Origin: Candidatus Kapaibacterium sp.
GTDB lineage: Bacteria > Bacteroidota > Ignavibacteria > OLB7
NCBI GenBank assembly: GCA_035549015.1
Contig: DASZRW010000059.1
Location: forward strand, 265 to 64,264
Direction: 5' to 3'
Length of the DNA: 64,000 bases
Part shown: positions 30,701 to 39,410 of the stretch, piece after piece
Position numbering within the stretch: position 1 is the first letter of the stretch
How the letters are laid out: each line of letters begins with the position of its first letter
The notes under the pieces: generated by a model
Database searches by the model: none
Told to the model about the DNA's origin: nothing
What the model saw: only the letters and a program-made list of their open reading frames with translations
Position numbers and translations under genes: made by a program

Positions 30701-30804
30701 AGCCATGCTCGTTCCGCATCGATATCGCACTGTATGCCGACGATCGCGATCCGGATCAACGGGAACGCATCGTGCGGCGATGGTGCCGAGGGCTCGCAAC
30801 TCAT
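27787..30804 (-). CDS. STAND NTPase (NB-ARC-like) with C-terminal TPR repeats (paralog 2)
   Basis: Walker A GESGAGKSAL, Walker B LVLVVDGLDQLDE, IVSTTD and GGNPLYL motifs, and a TPR_12-like C-terminal array. The start is inferred at MSCEPSAP. Confidence 0.85.
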   Translation of the reverse strand: MSCEPSAPSPHDAFPLIRIAIVGIQCDIDAERAWLAQALLPELSGICRARGGDIATCELAGTDTAGAYGETIFNHPPAAHTGQRIYVLVIVGSNPAVEGPPAADGRDARTDPYRWRSAGTAGSPFLLSMEALAGALRNPALAGRMLFFPYDPAPEHPEAYATAPPPSVSGTQAEKEMSYYDAMPRRRRNVAAAARERILDMIRSSGQTLHHTVHTREQLLDLVRRDLMDLINRLFPAATGSPLDAERRMHRSFARSRTHAYMEIPGYLERLDDFLNNQPGTAAAERDEPERNAGLVVSGESGAGKSALLAYWCERIRSEHPHLFIVQHHVAAASAGNDGATVLRHIMAEIRERLGVDDPLPTDAAGIREAFPLWLGHLQHENLVLVVDGLDQLDEASRDLSWLPEHIPPHVLLIVSTTDTEPLAALHARAWPELRMVQLTQKQRRDLITRYVREFGEARYGDWYARIGAGTAGGNPLYLRTQLERLNATASGADEPALLNRLLAAETLPELFDRVLEQLEGRHGVARMRTVLTLLWAARRGLARQEIAAIGLLDEGETEEVLASLGCHLIGHEGLFRFHHDGFRRAVERRYLVERPGRIPEIRERIADWFASQPIARRHVEEIPWQAMHAGAWRKLHTAIADIRTASMLLADGDPYELLQYWRALENRYGMVETYRTAMQACQLEANPSLDLVAAREAIAGLLLHAGHYAEAEHLCRTALEERGAAHGEDNPTMLPALDSYATLLYHTGEWERAIRVSERALRLREAASGMDAKHRARNLAALGAMYHACGDHAEADIHLLEALCLANDADEAAVAMIVNNLGAMRVARGDFAEAAMYFERALAVNGCLLGEGHLETASNRVNLGFALQQMGNTSAAAVHYRHALACAERILGARHPRTALFLTSFGMMLRDSGELEEGEQLLRRAYVIRRDLFGADALETAGSATRLAGALRMQGRLGEAFEIYSRAIPIHEAHLGATHPDIISLHAICNEIQAQLAYRMEFAL

Positions 30805-30887
30805 TGCCGGTTCCGAAAGAATGGTTGACACGAACTGCTGCAATCGCATGCGGCGGCCTGGCCCATGCGGTTGCCGGACATATCGCG

Positions 30888-30962
30888 TGCAGGGGAGTGT
30901 GCAGGCGTTGTGGGATCACGAGAGGGATGCAAAAGTAGCAGGGAATGCGCTTCATGTCAAAC
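30888..30962 (-). promoter_or_regulatory. Conserved promoter plus leader element upstream of STAND paralog 2
   Basis: On the minus strand: TTGACA, 17 nt, then TACTTTTG (a Bacteroidota-type -7 TAnnTTTG), followed by a conserved leader. It is ~85% identical over ~65-75 bp to 38793..38867. Confidence 0.45.
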
Positions 30963-31003
30963 GGGCCGGGTAATGCCTCAACGGCAATTCCCGGCCCGTT
31001 CCT
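30963..31003 (-). terminator. Putative intrinsic terminator hairpin after the 82-aa gene
   Basis: Perfect 11-bp stem AACGGGCCGGG / CCCGGCCCGTT with a 20-nt loop immediately downstream of 31038..31286. A comparable GGGCCGG/CCGGCCC hairpin follows copy 1 near 19515-19560. Confidence 0.4.
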
Positions 31004-31037
31004 GTTGTGGTGCAGTTTCGCTGCGACAATGAGAATA

Positions 31038-31286
31038 CTACTTGAAGTCGCTGGTCTTGCCCGAGTGGGTGCACTGTACTCCGGGGAACTCATAGGTCTT
31101 GCCATCGCCATCGAACACACCGCTGATGTTGTAGTGGTGCCCCACCGTTGGAAGGTCTCCGGCGCTGAATGGGCCGGCGGAGAATACTCCGAACTCGGAA
31201 TATGTTCCCGTGCCGTCCGTCAGGTCGCCAGATCCCTGAATCGAACGAACAATGACGCGTGTGTAGTGACCGACAGGATTCGCCAT
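31038..31286 (-). CDS. 82-aa conserved small protein (copy 2)
   Basis: Paralog of 19604..19852 with the same length and ~75% amino-acid identity. It sits upstream of STAND paralog 2. Confidence 0.6.
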   Translation of the reverse strand: MANPVGHYTRVIVRSIQGSGDLTDGTGTYSEFGVFSAGPFSAGDLPTVGHHYNISGVFDGDGKTYEFPGVQCTHSGKTSDFK

Positions 31287-31584
31287 GTCTTGATTCTCCT
31301 CTGATTGAAGGTGATAGATATCGGTAGCGCCCTCGGCGGCAAGTGGCCGTTGCCACTTCAGGCGCTACGTGCGAAACGGCTGCGTTGCGATGGCTGCATC
31401 CCTCCGGATGTATCGCGACGAGACGATTGCTCGTAACGCGAGTACGTGGATTCGAGGTGCGCCCGGTCGCTCAGTTCCGTTTCGCGATTCCGTAACGGCA
31501 TGCCGGGAGGAGGTTGCTCCAACCGCCCCTCCGCCCGGCGATGCCACTGCTGCCACTCGTTGAGGTCGATGCGAGTTGCGGCTG

Positions 31585-32217
31585 CTACGATTGAACGAAC
31601 GTTCCGGAAGCGCTGTTGAACTTGAGAGAGACGCTTGTGACCGTGCCACCGAACGTCACCTTGGTATAACTGGTATTGATCTGAGAGATCATCGTCTCGC
31701 TTGCGAAGTTTGCCTGCAGCCACACATAGACAACCGTGAACGGTGTGAGCGTGTCGTAGGCCTGGCTCAATACCATGTCGGCGTTCAAGGCATTGAATCC
31801 GCCCGGAACGCCGTTGATGATGGCCGGCTGCGTAAGTCCGAACGTGAGCGCCCGGTACTTGCTTGCCGGCATGGCGTTATCGATGCGATAGCTGGTGAGC
31901 GGAACGTCGGATGTGGCGACGCCCTGGGAAAAGATTGCGTTGGGCAGGAAGGTGTACGTTGATCCGCCTTCGGCCGGCGAGAATGTGCTGAGCTTGGAGA
32001 TCGTGGCGCCATGCTCCACGGTGCTCGTTGCCGCGTAGATGCCGTACTGCTCCGTCCACGATACGGTGTTGTTCTCGAACGGATCGAAGCTCTGCCAGAT
32101 CACGTTGGGCGCGGCGCCTCCCACCGGCTTCGCGAGCGTGATGTTCATGCCGGCAGCGCTGATAACGGCCAGTTCGGTCGGGTCGATCTGCAGTGAAAGT
32201 TCATAGTTGTTAGCCAT
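31585..32217 (-). CDS. Hypothetical protein (210 aa)
   Basis: ORF with GC3 bias. The start is set at MANNYELSLQIDP. No recognisable motifs. Confidence 0.45.
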   Translation of the reverse strand: MANNYELSLQIDPTELAVISAAGMNITLAKPVGGAAPNVIWQSFDPFENNTVSWTEQYGIYAATSTVEHGATISKLSTFSPAEGGSTYTFLPNAIFSQGVATSDVPLTSYRIDNAMPASKYRALTFGLTQPAIINGVPGGFNALNADMVLSQAYDTLTPFTVVYVWLQANFASETMISQINTSYTKVTFGGTVTSVSLKFNSASGTFVQS

Positions 32218-32828
32218 GTCGCTTGTTCCTGAGTTGATTGATACGTGAAGAGTGATTGCTCCGGCCGATCGTGAGCGCCTGCATGCGCCGCTGTGCACAC
32301 GGCTGCATCAAGCCTCGGAGTGCGCGGCCACGCGAGATGTTGAGGCGCGGCTGCATGTGTCACGATCGGCCTTGCGGTTGTGTTGTCCGTCATGACGTTC
32401 ATGCAAAGGTCGCTGCACCGTGCGGCCGCAGATCTACTGAGGTATTACCGAGTTTATTCGCCCCACGCCGGGCCCTTGCTCTGCATGCGCTGCAGGGCGA
32501 ACGCGCGCAATCGGGCGCAGTCTGCGGGAAGTTCAAGGGGGTGCGGCCACGCAGCCCGTTTCGTGCAGGGGATTGAAGTCGGCGTCGACATCCGGCTGGC
32601 GCATCTTCGGTACTGAACTTCTACCGAGGCGGCGCCGTTCATGAGCCGACGGCGCGAAGGAATTGCGCGGCTGCGATGCGGAACGCACGGCCCGGCAGGC
32701 GGAAAGCCGCGGCCGTGTATGGCAGGCAGGGAGCAGTGATGCGGCGGAGATCGACTGCCGGGCAGGCGGCCGTCCACCCGGGAATGAGAGGGGAGAGAGT
32801 GATGATGATTCGAGCACCCGGCCGTGGA

Positions 32829-34511
32829 CTAGAGCGAGGCGAGGAAGGTAGTGAGGCTCACCTTCGAGTCCAGGCGAAGTTTGCGGCGGATGTTGTACTT
32901 GTGCGAGTCCACCGTGCGAACGGAGGTGCAGAGAATTGCGGCGACATCCTTGGTGGAGAGATTGATGCGGGCAAGCGAGCAGATCTTCAACTCCGTCGGC
33001 GTCAGCAGCGGGCAGCGCTCCGAAAGGAGCCGGATGAAGTCCTGATGGAGATGATCGAGCTGCTGCTCGAATATCTTCCAGTCCGCATCGGCATGCTTCG
33101 TGCTGGTGATCTCGCTGATCATCCGTTCAACCGTATCGGTGCCGGAGCGGCGGCTCTCGCCGTGCAGCTTCTCGAGTTGATACTGCATGTCGGCGAGCAG
33201 TTCCTTCTTCTGCAGAAGGTTTACCGCCATGGCCGTGAGCTCGTTCTGCTTCAGTCGCATCTCGGCGCGGAGCCCTTCAACCTGCAGGCGATACATTTCC
33301 CGCTCGCGCTCCGCCTTCTCCAGATCGAACCGAACCTGCAGTTCGGCGATTGCATGCTGCTTCTCGCGACCGGCCAGTTCGTTCCGGAGTTCCGCGAAAT
33401 GGCGATAGTGTTCGAATGCCCATTCAATCTGTCCAAGGTGGTGATAGGCATGCGAGATGGCGCCGTGCACCTCGTACTGAAGACGCCGATCGTCGATCGC
33501 GCGCGCCAGTGCCAGCGCCTGATCCAGCACGAAGACGGCGTCGTCCATCGCGCCGAGTGCGGTGTGCAGGCGCCCCATGTCCAGCAGAAGCTCCACGCGC
33601 CGCGTGTCGTCGGGCGACTGGCCCAGCAGCGAGTAGGCGCGCATTGTGAGGCCCAGCGCGGCATCGTACTCATGCCGTGCCGCATGAACGCGTCCCAGCA
33701 TCGCCAGCACGGTCCCCACATTCTGCAGGTCCCCCAGCGTCTCGTAGATCGTGAGCGCCCGAAGTCCGTGTTCGGCTGCGCTCTCGCCGTTGCCGGTGGC
33801 GAGATCTATTTCGGCGAGATGCCGCAGTGCGTCCACTTCACGGAGACGATTCCCGGATTCCCGGAACACCTCGGCGCTTCGGCGCAGATATTCGCGGGCG
33901 GTCGTGTGGTCGTTCGTGCGTCCGTACAGGATGCCGACCGCGGCCAGGGCATGCCCCACACCGTCGTGTACATCGCTCGATTCATACAGCCGGAGAGCGT
34001 CCAGATAATATCCGAGCGCCTTCGGGTAGTCGCCGATGCTCATTCTCAGATCGCCGATGGAGAGTGCCGCCGCGGCCTGGAGGTCCGATGCCCCGGCATG
34101 CATTGCCCGTTCGAGTGCCGTATGCAGCCAGTCGATCGCATGCGGGGCCATGCCGGCGGCGAGGTGCGCCCGGCCTGCCTGCAGTGCGCAGACGGCGGCT
34201 TCCGAGTCGTGGCCAAGATCCACATTGATGCAGTACGCCTCCACAAGGTCGGCAGCCCCCGCATCGTGATTTCCGAGAACAACGTATGCCTCGCCGCGAC
34301 GGCGCAGAATGCGTGCAGCTGCCGCCATGTTGCGCGACGAGGCGGCGAGGCGATACCCCTCGCTCGCCAGGCCGACACTGTACGGCGCGGCGCCGGCCGC
34401 GGCCTCGTCGAGAAATTCCAGAATCAGATCGAGCTTCCGATTCCGATCCTGCGCCATCAACAGCCGGCGTTCGATCGCCTCGATAATTCGTTCCTGGTCT
34501 GCTGTCCCCAT
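32829..34511 (-). CDS. TPR-repeat transcriptional regulator with C-terminal LuxR-type HTH (paralog 3)
   Basis: Same architecture. The C-terminal 200 aa are nearly identical to paralog 1. The start is inferred at MGTADQERIIEAIERR (561 aa), which matches the paralog lengths. The ORF-track 5' extension overlaps the opposite-strand genes. Confidence 0.85.
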   Translation of the reverse strand: MGTADQERIIEAIERRLLMAQDRNRKLDLILEFLDEAAAGAAPYSVGLASEGYRLAASSRNMAAAARILRRRGEAYVVLGNHDAGAADLVEAYCINVDLGHDSEAAVCALQAGRAHLAAGMAPHAIDWLHTALERAMHAGASDLQAAAALSIGDLRMSIGDYPKALGYYLDALRLYESSDVHDGVGHALAAVGILYGRTNDHTTAREYLRRSAEVFRESGNRLREVDALRHLAEIDLATGNGESAAEHGLRALTIYETLGDLQNVGTVLAMLGRVHAARHEYDAALGLTMRAYSLLGQSPDDTRRVELLLDMGRLHTALGAMDDAVFVLDQALALARAIDDRRLQYEVHGAISHAYHHLGQIEWAFEHYRHFAELRNELAGREKQHAIAELQVRFDLEKAEREREMYRLQVEGLRAEMRLKQNELTAMAVNLLQKKELLADMQYQLEKLHGESRRSGTDTVERMISEITSTKHADADWKIFEQQLDHLHQDFIRLLSERCPLLTPTELKICSLARINLSTKDVAAILCTSVRTVDSHKYNIRRKLRLDSKVSLTTFLASL

Positions 34512-34727
34512 GATCCGTTGCCATAACGATGAAAGAATACATCCGGCACGAACGCGCGGTGCGGAGTGCGGCGGTGTTCGTCTGCGCCGCCGGTCAACTC
34601 GGTAATTCCTCAGTAGTGCGGAAGCCCGTCCATCTCGATACCATTGCACCAACCAACACCGGGCCGTGCAACGCAGCGGCCCGCCAACATCAGCCGGCAT
34701 GTTTGCCGCAACCAGGAGGATCTCATC

Positions 34728-35150
34728 ATGACAGGTGCAGGTATCGTCACCATCGAGGAACTCGAAGCGATCACATCCATTCCGATCACCGAATTCCTTC
34801 CGGACTCCTACTGCCAGATCGTAGTCGAGTCCACGTTGAACGAGACCGTCGTGGTTTCGATCGTTGATGCCAAACTCATCGCAGTCGAAGGCGACAAGCT
34901 GGCCGGCGGGGAATCGTATACAACGCGCATCTCCGGCGAGGATATGTCGCTCCAGCCCTACACGCTGAACATCCTCTCGCGAACCGCGATGATTCATACC
35001 TGCAAGACCGGCTACTACACACTCCCGGACGACGAGACGAATTATCAGATCGAACTGTGCCGCATGGTGCCGTTTCCCGACACGACAACGGACGGGCAGA
35101 TCAACATCACGATCATCCTCCAGCCCACGGACATCCTCACGGAGCCGTAG
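34728..35150 (+). CDS. Small protein, paralogous family member (S3a)
   Basis: 140 aa. AGGAGG RBS before the ATG. C-terminal INITIILQPTDIL motif. Confidence 0.5.
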   Translation: MTGAGIVTIEELEAITSIPITEFLPDSYCQIVVESTLNETVVVSIVDAKLIAVEGDKLAGGESYTTRISGEDMSLQPYTLNILSRTAMIHTCKTGYYTLPDDETNYQIELCRMVPFPDTTTDGQINITIILQPTDILTEP

Positions 35151-35229
35151 CTGGTTTCCCGGGAAGTGCATTCAGGCTGCGGTTGCGGGTTCGTGCAGCA
35201 TGCGCGGTCAACATTCAACGAGAGAAACA

Positions 35230-35658
35230 ATGGCGGAACACTGGCATGCTCGTCATGGAGGACCCATTCGTGTACCGGTATTTCCCGTAATCGATCCCGG
35301 CGTCGGACTCTATGTGGTTATTCATATCGTGTTCAACGGGTCCGGGCTGAAGAGGGTGACATTCACACGCCCGGGAGAAACGATGCCGTGGCTTGTGGCG
35401 GAATTGCCGGGGACCGGTTTCTGGAATCATGTATACCGTCATCAGGATGGCATCAGCCGCCTTGCGATATCCGGAATGGACTCGATGCCGGATTGGACGT
35501 TCCTCGGCCAGAAGAAAATGACGAGCGACGGCGTCGTCTCCGCGTACACGTGCCAGTATCTCCTTGCGGAGAGCCCGCATGAGTCCGTGCTCGTCACCAT
35601 TCTTCAACTGCCCGGATCGCCGGGCGGAGCTGCTGAAGCGCCGCGCCGTGTAGTGTGA
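35230..35658 (+). CDS. Small protein, paralogous family member (S3b)
   Basis: 142 aa. C-terminal VLVTILQLPGSPG motif. Confidence 0.5.
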   Translation: MAEHWHARHGGPIRVPVFPVIDPGVGLYVVIHIVFNGSGLKRVTFTRPGETMPWLVAELPGTGFWNHVYRHQDGISRLAISGMDSMPDWTFLGQKKMTSDGVVSAYTCQYLLAESPHESVLVTILQLPGSPGGAAEAPRRVV

Positions 35659-35795
35659 TGCTTCCGACGGAGTATGCACCGGGCCATGCCGCCCACGATG
35701 CCGATCGAATCACGACGGAAGGTGTCGTGGGCGGCATGCACAATAGCTTCCTTCCATGTTTTCGTGTCGATCGGATCATGCGGCCGGCAGCGCGT

Positions 35796-38747
35796 TCACT
35801 GCTGCTCGGCGCGCTCTTCGATTTCATCCATGATTCTGAATATCTGGATTATCTCCGGATGGTCGCCTCCAAGCACCGGCTCCTGCACCACGATCGCCTC
35901 CCTGTACAGCGCCAGCGCCTCGCCGTACCGTTCCTGCCGGCAGAGCGCACCGGCCAGGCGTGTCATGCTGGTTGCCGTTTCGATCGCATCCGGACCGAAC
36001 GTCTCGCGGCGAATATCTGCGGCGCGCATCAGCAGATCCGTTGCCTCGTCAAGCTGGCTGGTCTCCCGCAACAACATGCCGAGGTTGGTGAGGAAGAGCG
36101 CAACGTGGGGATGCTGCGAGCCAAGTACGCGTTCGGCGATGCCGAGTGCCTCGCGATACTGCGCAGTTGCGGCGGCAGTGTTGCCGGTGCGCTGCAGCGC
36201 GAAGCCAATGTTCACCAGATTCGACGCCACCTCCAGATGTTCGGCGCCCAGCAGCCGCCGGTTCAACTGCAATGCATGTTCGAAGAAGCGGGCCGCCTCC
36301 TCGAAGTGGCCAAGGGTTGCCCGAAGCGCGCCGAGATTGTTGGCGGCGAGGGCCAGGATTGTGTCGTCCGTATCGTTGGCAATGGTGAGGGCGCGCATCA
36401 GATAATCCTCGGCGTCGTCGTAGGCATGCATGGCATGGCACACGGCTCCGAGATCGGCGAGGTTCTTCGCGATCTCCGGGCCGGTGATGCCGTCTCCCGT
36501 CTCGCGAACGGCCAGTGCGCGGCGCGATATCTCGATCGCCTCGGTGTAGCGTCCGGTGTGGTACAGCAATGCTGCGAGCGAGTCCAGCGTCCCCAGGGAG
36601 TCGCGCCAATCGGGCCGGCCGGCCGTGTGGTGCACGGAGAGTGCGCTGCGGCAGAATCGTTCGGCGGCCTCGTATTCTCCGGCCTGCACGAAGAACTCCG
36701 CCATCGTACGAAGCGCGGCAACCAGCGCGCGTGGCGAGGTGTCCGCCTGCCGGTATCGCTCCATGGCAGTGAAGTATGCCTGCGCCATCTCACCACGATT
36801 CCCCACAACCAGCCAGTAGTGGAGGAGCTGGTAGGGATCGTTATCCTTCAGCAATTCCATCGCAAGCGGGATATCCGTGATCGCGGCGCGCAGCTCCTCC
36901 ACCTCACCGATGGCGGCGAGCTGCCACGGCAACTCCTCTGCGCGGCGGGGCGTCTCCTGCTCGGAGCCGAAGTAGCCGGCGATGCGCCAGCGCACGCGTT
37001 TCAACTCATCGCGACGCCCGAACAGATATCGCCGGTCCACGGCCCGGCGCATGTGGTCGTGATAGTAGGTCAGCAGCCCCTCGCGCTCCATGAGATGATA
37101 GTTCAGTGCCTGCACGATCGCGGCAAGCTCCTCGCGTTCGATGCCGCTGGCTCCGGCCAGTTCCGTTTCCGAGAGTCCGCGCCGCGATGCAAGAATCAAC
37201 GTCAGCACCGTGCGGAGATTCTCCCGGCCGAAACGTTCCTCCAGCCGCACAAGCACGCGTTCGAACAACTCGGGGAGATCGCGTGCCGTGAGGTAGTAGT
37301 CGATGTGCTCGTTCAGTTCCGCGGCCGATCCGCCGCGGCCGCTCTCCTCCAACTGTGTTCGCAGATGCAGCGGGTTTCCTCCCGTGCTCGGCAGGCTGAT
37401 GCGATCCAGTTGCGCAAGGTTGTGGCGCCTGCCGAACTCCGCAGCGTACCGGTGCGCGAGATCGCGGCGCTGCTCGAGCGTGAGCGGTTGAACGTGCAAC
37501 TCCTCCCACTCGCGCTCGCGCAATACTTCCAGCGCGTGCGACTCCGTGGTGGAGACGATCACCGTTACACGGGGCGGTATGTAGAGCGGCAGCCATGCCA
37601 GATCCTGCGACTCCGGTTGAAGCTGGTCCAGCCCGTCGATGATCAGCACCAGATTCTCGTTCTGCACGTGGCCAAGCCAGAGCGGCAACGCCTTCTCGAT
37701 CTCCGCGCCGTCTGCAGGCACGGCATCGGCAAGTGCGTAGCGTTCGCGCAGCTCCATCATCACATGGCGCAGCAGTGGAACATGGTCGCTTCCGGACGAT
37801 GTGATGGCAACGTGGTGGAGAACGATGAACGCCTCACGACGTTCGTGTTGCAGCCTGCCGGTCCAGTATGCCAGGAGGGCGCTCTTGCCGCAGCCGGAGG
37901 GGCCCGCAACAACCAGCCCCGTTCTGCCGGAACGTTGCTCTGCGGATCTCCGGCGGTTCTCCGTCCTGCCGAACGCGAATTGCTCCAGCCGTTCCAGATA
38001 TTCCGGAATCTCCACATATGCCCGCGTGCGCGAGAGGGCGAACGCCTCATGCGCCCGTCGTTCCAGCGCAAGCGGCGTGAGCGTTCTGCAGGCTGGGAGG
38101 AGCCTGTCGATGACGGCTTCGAGATCAGCGCGGATATGGGCAACGAGTTCGTCGCGGCTCTCGATCCCGTCGCGCAGCGGATGCCGGCTGGAACGAATCA
38201 GCATCGCCGCTTCTTCGGCGGCGCGCAGCGCATGTTCCGCCGCGCGGGTCTCCGGCTCGATCCCCCCATGCCGTGCCGGCATGTAGAAGAACAGCCTGCC
38301 GACGGTTGCGGTATTGGAAAGGACGTACGGCAGCAGCGACGCGGGCACAACGCCCGCACCGCCGCCGGATGCGCGTTGCCACGGAAAGCGCCTGCTCGTC
38401 TCACCGTTCGATCCGGTTTGCAACCCGGCACTGTCCGTCCCGACGATTGCAATCACATATGCATGCCTGGCCGCCACCTCATCGAGCTGGCGCTGCAGCA
38501 ATGCCTCGGACTGTGCCGCCTCCGTTCCCGCTCCGGTGTCGGCGGCGAATTTCATCTCGGCGAAGTCGCCCCCGCGTGCCCGGCAGATATCCCGCAGTTC
38601 ATCGAAGAGATGCATCGAGAGATGCGCACGCTCCGCGGTCACATCCCCAAGGACTCCGATTACGGCAACACGCAGACGATTCGATTGATCGAGCGGGGAT
38701 GGCTCCAATGGTATACCACTCAACTCCAGCTCCTTACGGCTTGGCAT
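35796..38747 (-). CDS. STAND NTPase (NB-ARC-like) with C-terminal TPR repeats (paralog 3)
   Basis: Walker A GPSGCGKSAL, Walker B LVLIIDGLDQLQPE, IVSTTE and GGNPLHL motifs, and a TPR_12-like C-terminus. Confidence 0.85.
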   Translation of the reverse strand: MPSRKELELSGIPLEPSPLDQSNRLRVAVIGVLGDVTAERAHLSMHLFDELRDICRARGGDFAEMKFAADTGAGTEAAQSEALLQRQLDEVAARHAYVIAIVGTDSAGLQTGSNGETSRRFPWQRASGGGAGVVPASLLPYVLSNTATVGRLFFYMPARHGGIEPETRAAEHALRAAEEAAMLIRSSRHPLRDGIESRDELVAHIRADLEAVIDRLLPACRTLTPLALERRAHEAFALSRTRAYVEIPEYLERLEQFAFGRTENRRRSAEQRSGRTGLVVAGPSGCGKSALLAYWTGRLQHERREAFIVLHHVAITSSGSDHVPLLRHVMMELRERYALADAVPADGAEIEKALPLWLGHVQNENLVLIIDGLDQLQPESQDLAWLPLYIPPRVTVIVSTTESHALEVLREREWEELHVQPLTLEQRRDLAHRYAAEFGRRHNLAQLDRISLPSTGGNPLHLRTQLEESGRGGSAAELNEHIDYYLTARDLPELFERVLVRLEERFGRENLRTVLTLILASRRGLSETELAGASGIEREELAAIVQALNYHLMEREGLLTYYHDHMRRAVDRRYLFGRRDELKRVRWRIAGYFGSEQETPRRAEELPWQLAAIGEVEELRAAITDIPLAMELLKDNDPYQLLHYWLVVGNRGEMAQAYFTAMERYRQADTSPRALVAALRTMAEFFVQAGEYEAAERFCRSALSVHHTAGRPDWRDSLGTLDSLAALLYHTGRYTEAIEISRRALAVRETGDGITGPEIAKNLADLGAVCHAMHAYDDAEDYLMRALTIANDTDDTILALAANNLGALRATLGHFEEAARFFEHALQLNRRLLGAEHLEVASNLVNIGFALQRTGNTAAATAQYREALGIAERVLGSQHPHVALFLTNLGMLLRETSQLDEATDLLMRAADIRRETFGPDAIETATSMTRLAGALCRQERYGEALALYREAIVVQEPVLGGDHPEIIQIFRIMDEIEERAEQQ

Positions 38748-38792
38748 GATGTGCCGTCAACAACAGGCGGTTGGCGGCCTCGCATGCAGGGG

Positions 38793-38867
38793 GCTGCAGG
38801 CGTTGTGGGAGAATGAGAGGACTGCAAAAGTAGCAGGGAATACGGTGGATGTCAACAATGCCGCATT
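38793..38867 (-). promoter_or_regulatory. Conserved promoter plus leader element upstream of STAND paralog 3
   Basis: Same TTGACA, 17 nt, TACTTTTG arrangement and a conserved downstream leader, as at 30888..30962. Confidence 0.45.
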
Positions 38868-38934
38868 GAACGCAACGCCGCGAGCGGGCTATATTGGGCC
38901 CGCTCCGGTCGGTTGTCCCTACATGTACATTCCC

Positions 38935-39354
38935 ATGGCCATGCGCACAATGCACTTCCCGTTCATCCTCGCGTCCGTTCTTCTTGCAACCTCGGCTCCG
39001 CTTGTCTCGTGCAACGGCACGAAGGCGCCCGATGCGAAGCAGCCTGCACAGACCCCCTCTCCGGTGCAGACCCCGCCGCCTGCCGAAACGCACCAGGCGC
39101 GATCGCCGGAGATGATGCCCAGCTTCGACGAGACGGTGTTGCGCGAGTATGCGCGCCGTGCCGTGGCGATACCGAAGCGCATCACCGACAGCATCATCAA
39201 GGCGCAGGGAAAGAACATCGCGGCCGTGCAGACCGAACTGAGCAGATACCTGAAGCGCCAGGATTCGATTGCGAGGATCAGCCTCTCGAAGCAGTTCAAC
39301 ATTCCGCTCGATTCGATCAACGCAATCATCAACCGCAAGAACAACGCCGAGTAG
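38935..39354 (+). CDS. Putative lipoprotein (139 aa)
   Basis: MAMRTMHFPFILASVLLATSAPLVSC signal with lipobox. Pro/Gln/Thr-rich linker. Confidence 0.5.
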   Translation: MAMRTMHFPFILASVLLATSAPLVSCNGTKAPDAKQPAQTPSPVQTPPPAETHQARSPEMMPSFDETVLREYARRAVAIPKRITDSIIKAQGKNIAAVQTELSRYLKRQDSIARISLSKQFNIPLDSINAIINRKNNAE

Positions 39355-39410
39355 CGCATGCGGAACCGCGGCCGCGATCGGCATTCACACTGAACAGCTA
39401 CACATTTCGT

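Noticed and set aside
32829-35171. 780-aa ORF-track call for regulator paralog 3.
   Set aside because: The first 220 aa have no similarity to paralogs 1 and 2 and overlap two well-supported opposite-strand small-protein genes. The start was trimmed to 34511, giving 561 aa to match the paralogs.
13517-39000. Possibility that the triplicated region is a mobile genomic island or prophage.
   Set aside because: No integrase, transposase, tRNA, terminal repeats or phage structural genes were seen. GC content appears similar to the flanks. It is treated as chromosomal paralogous expansion, though HGT cannot be excluded without genome context.
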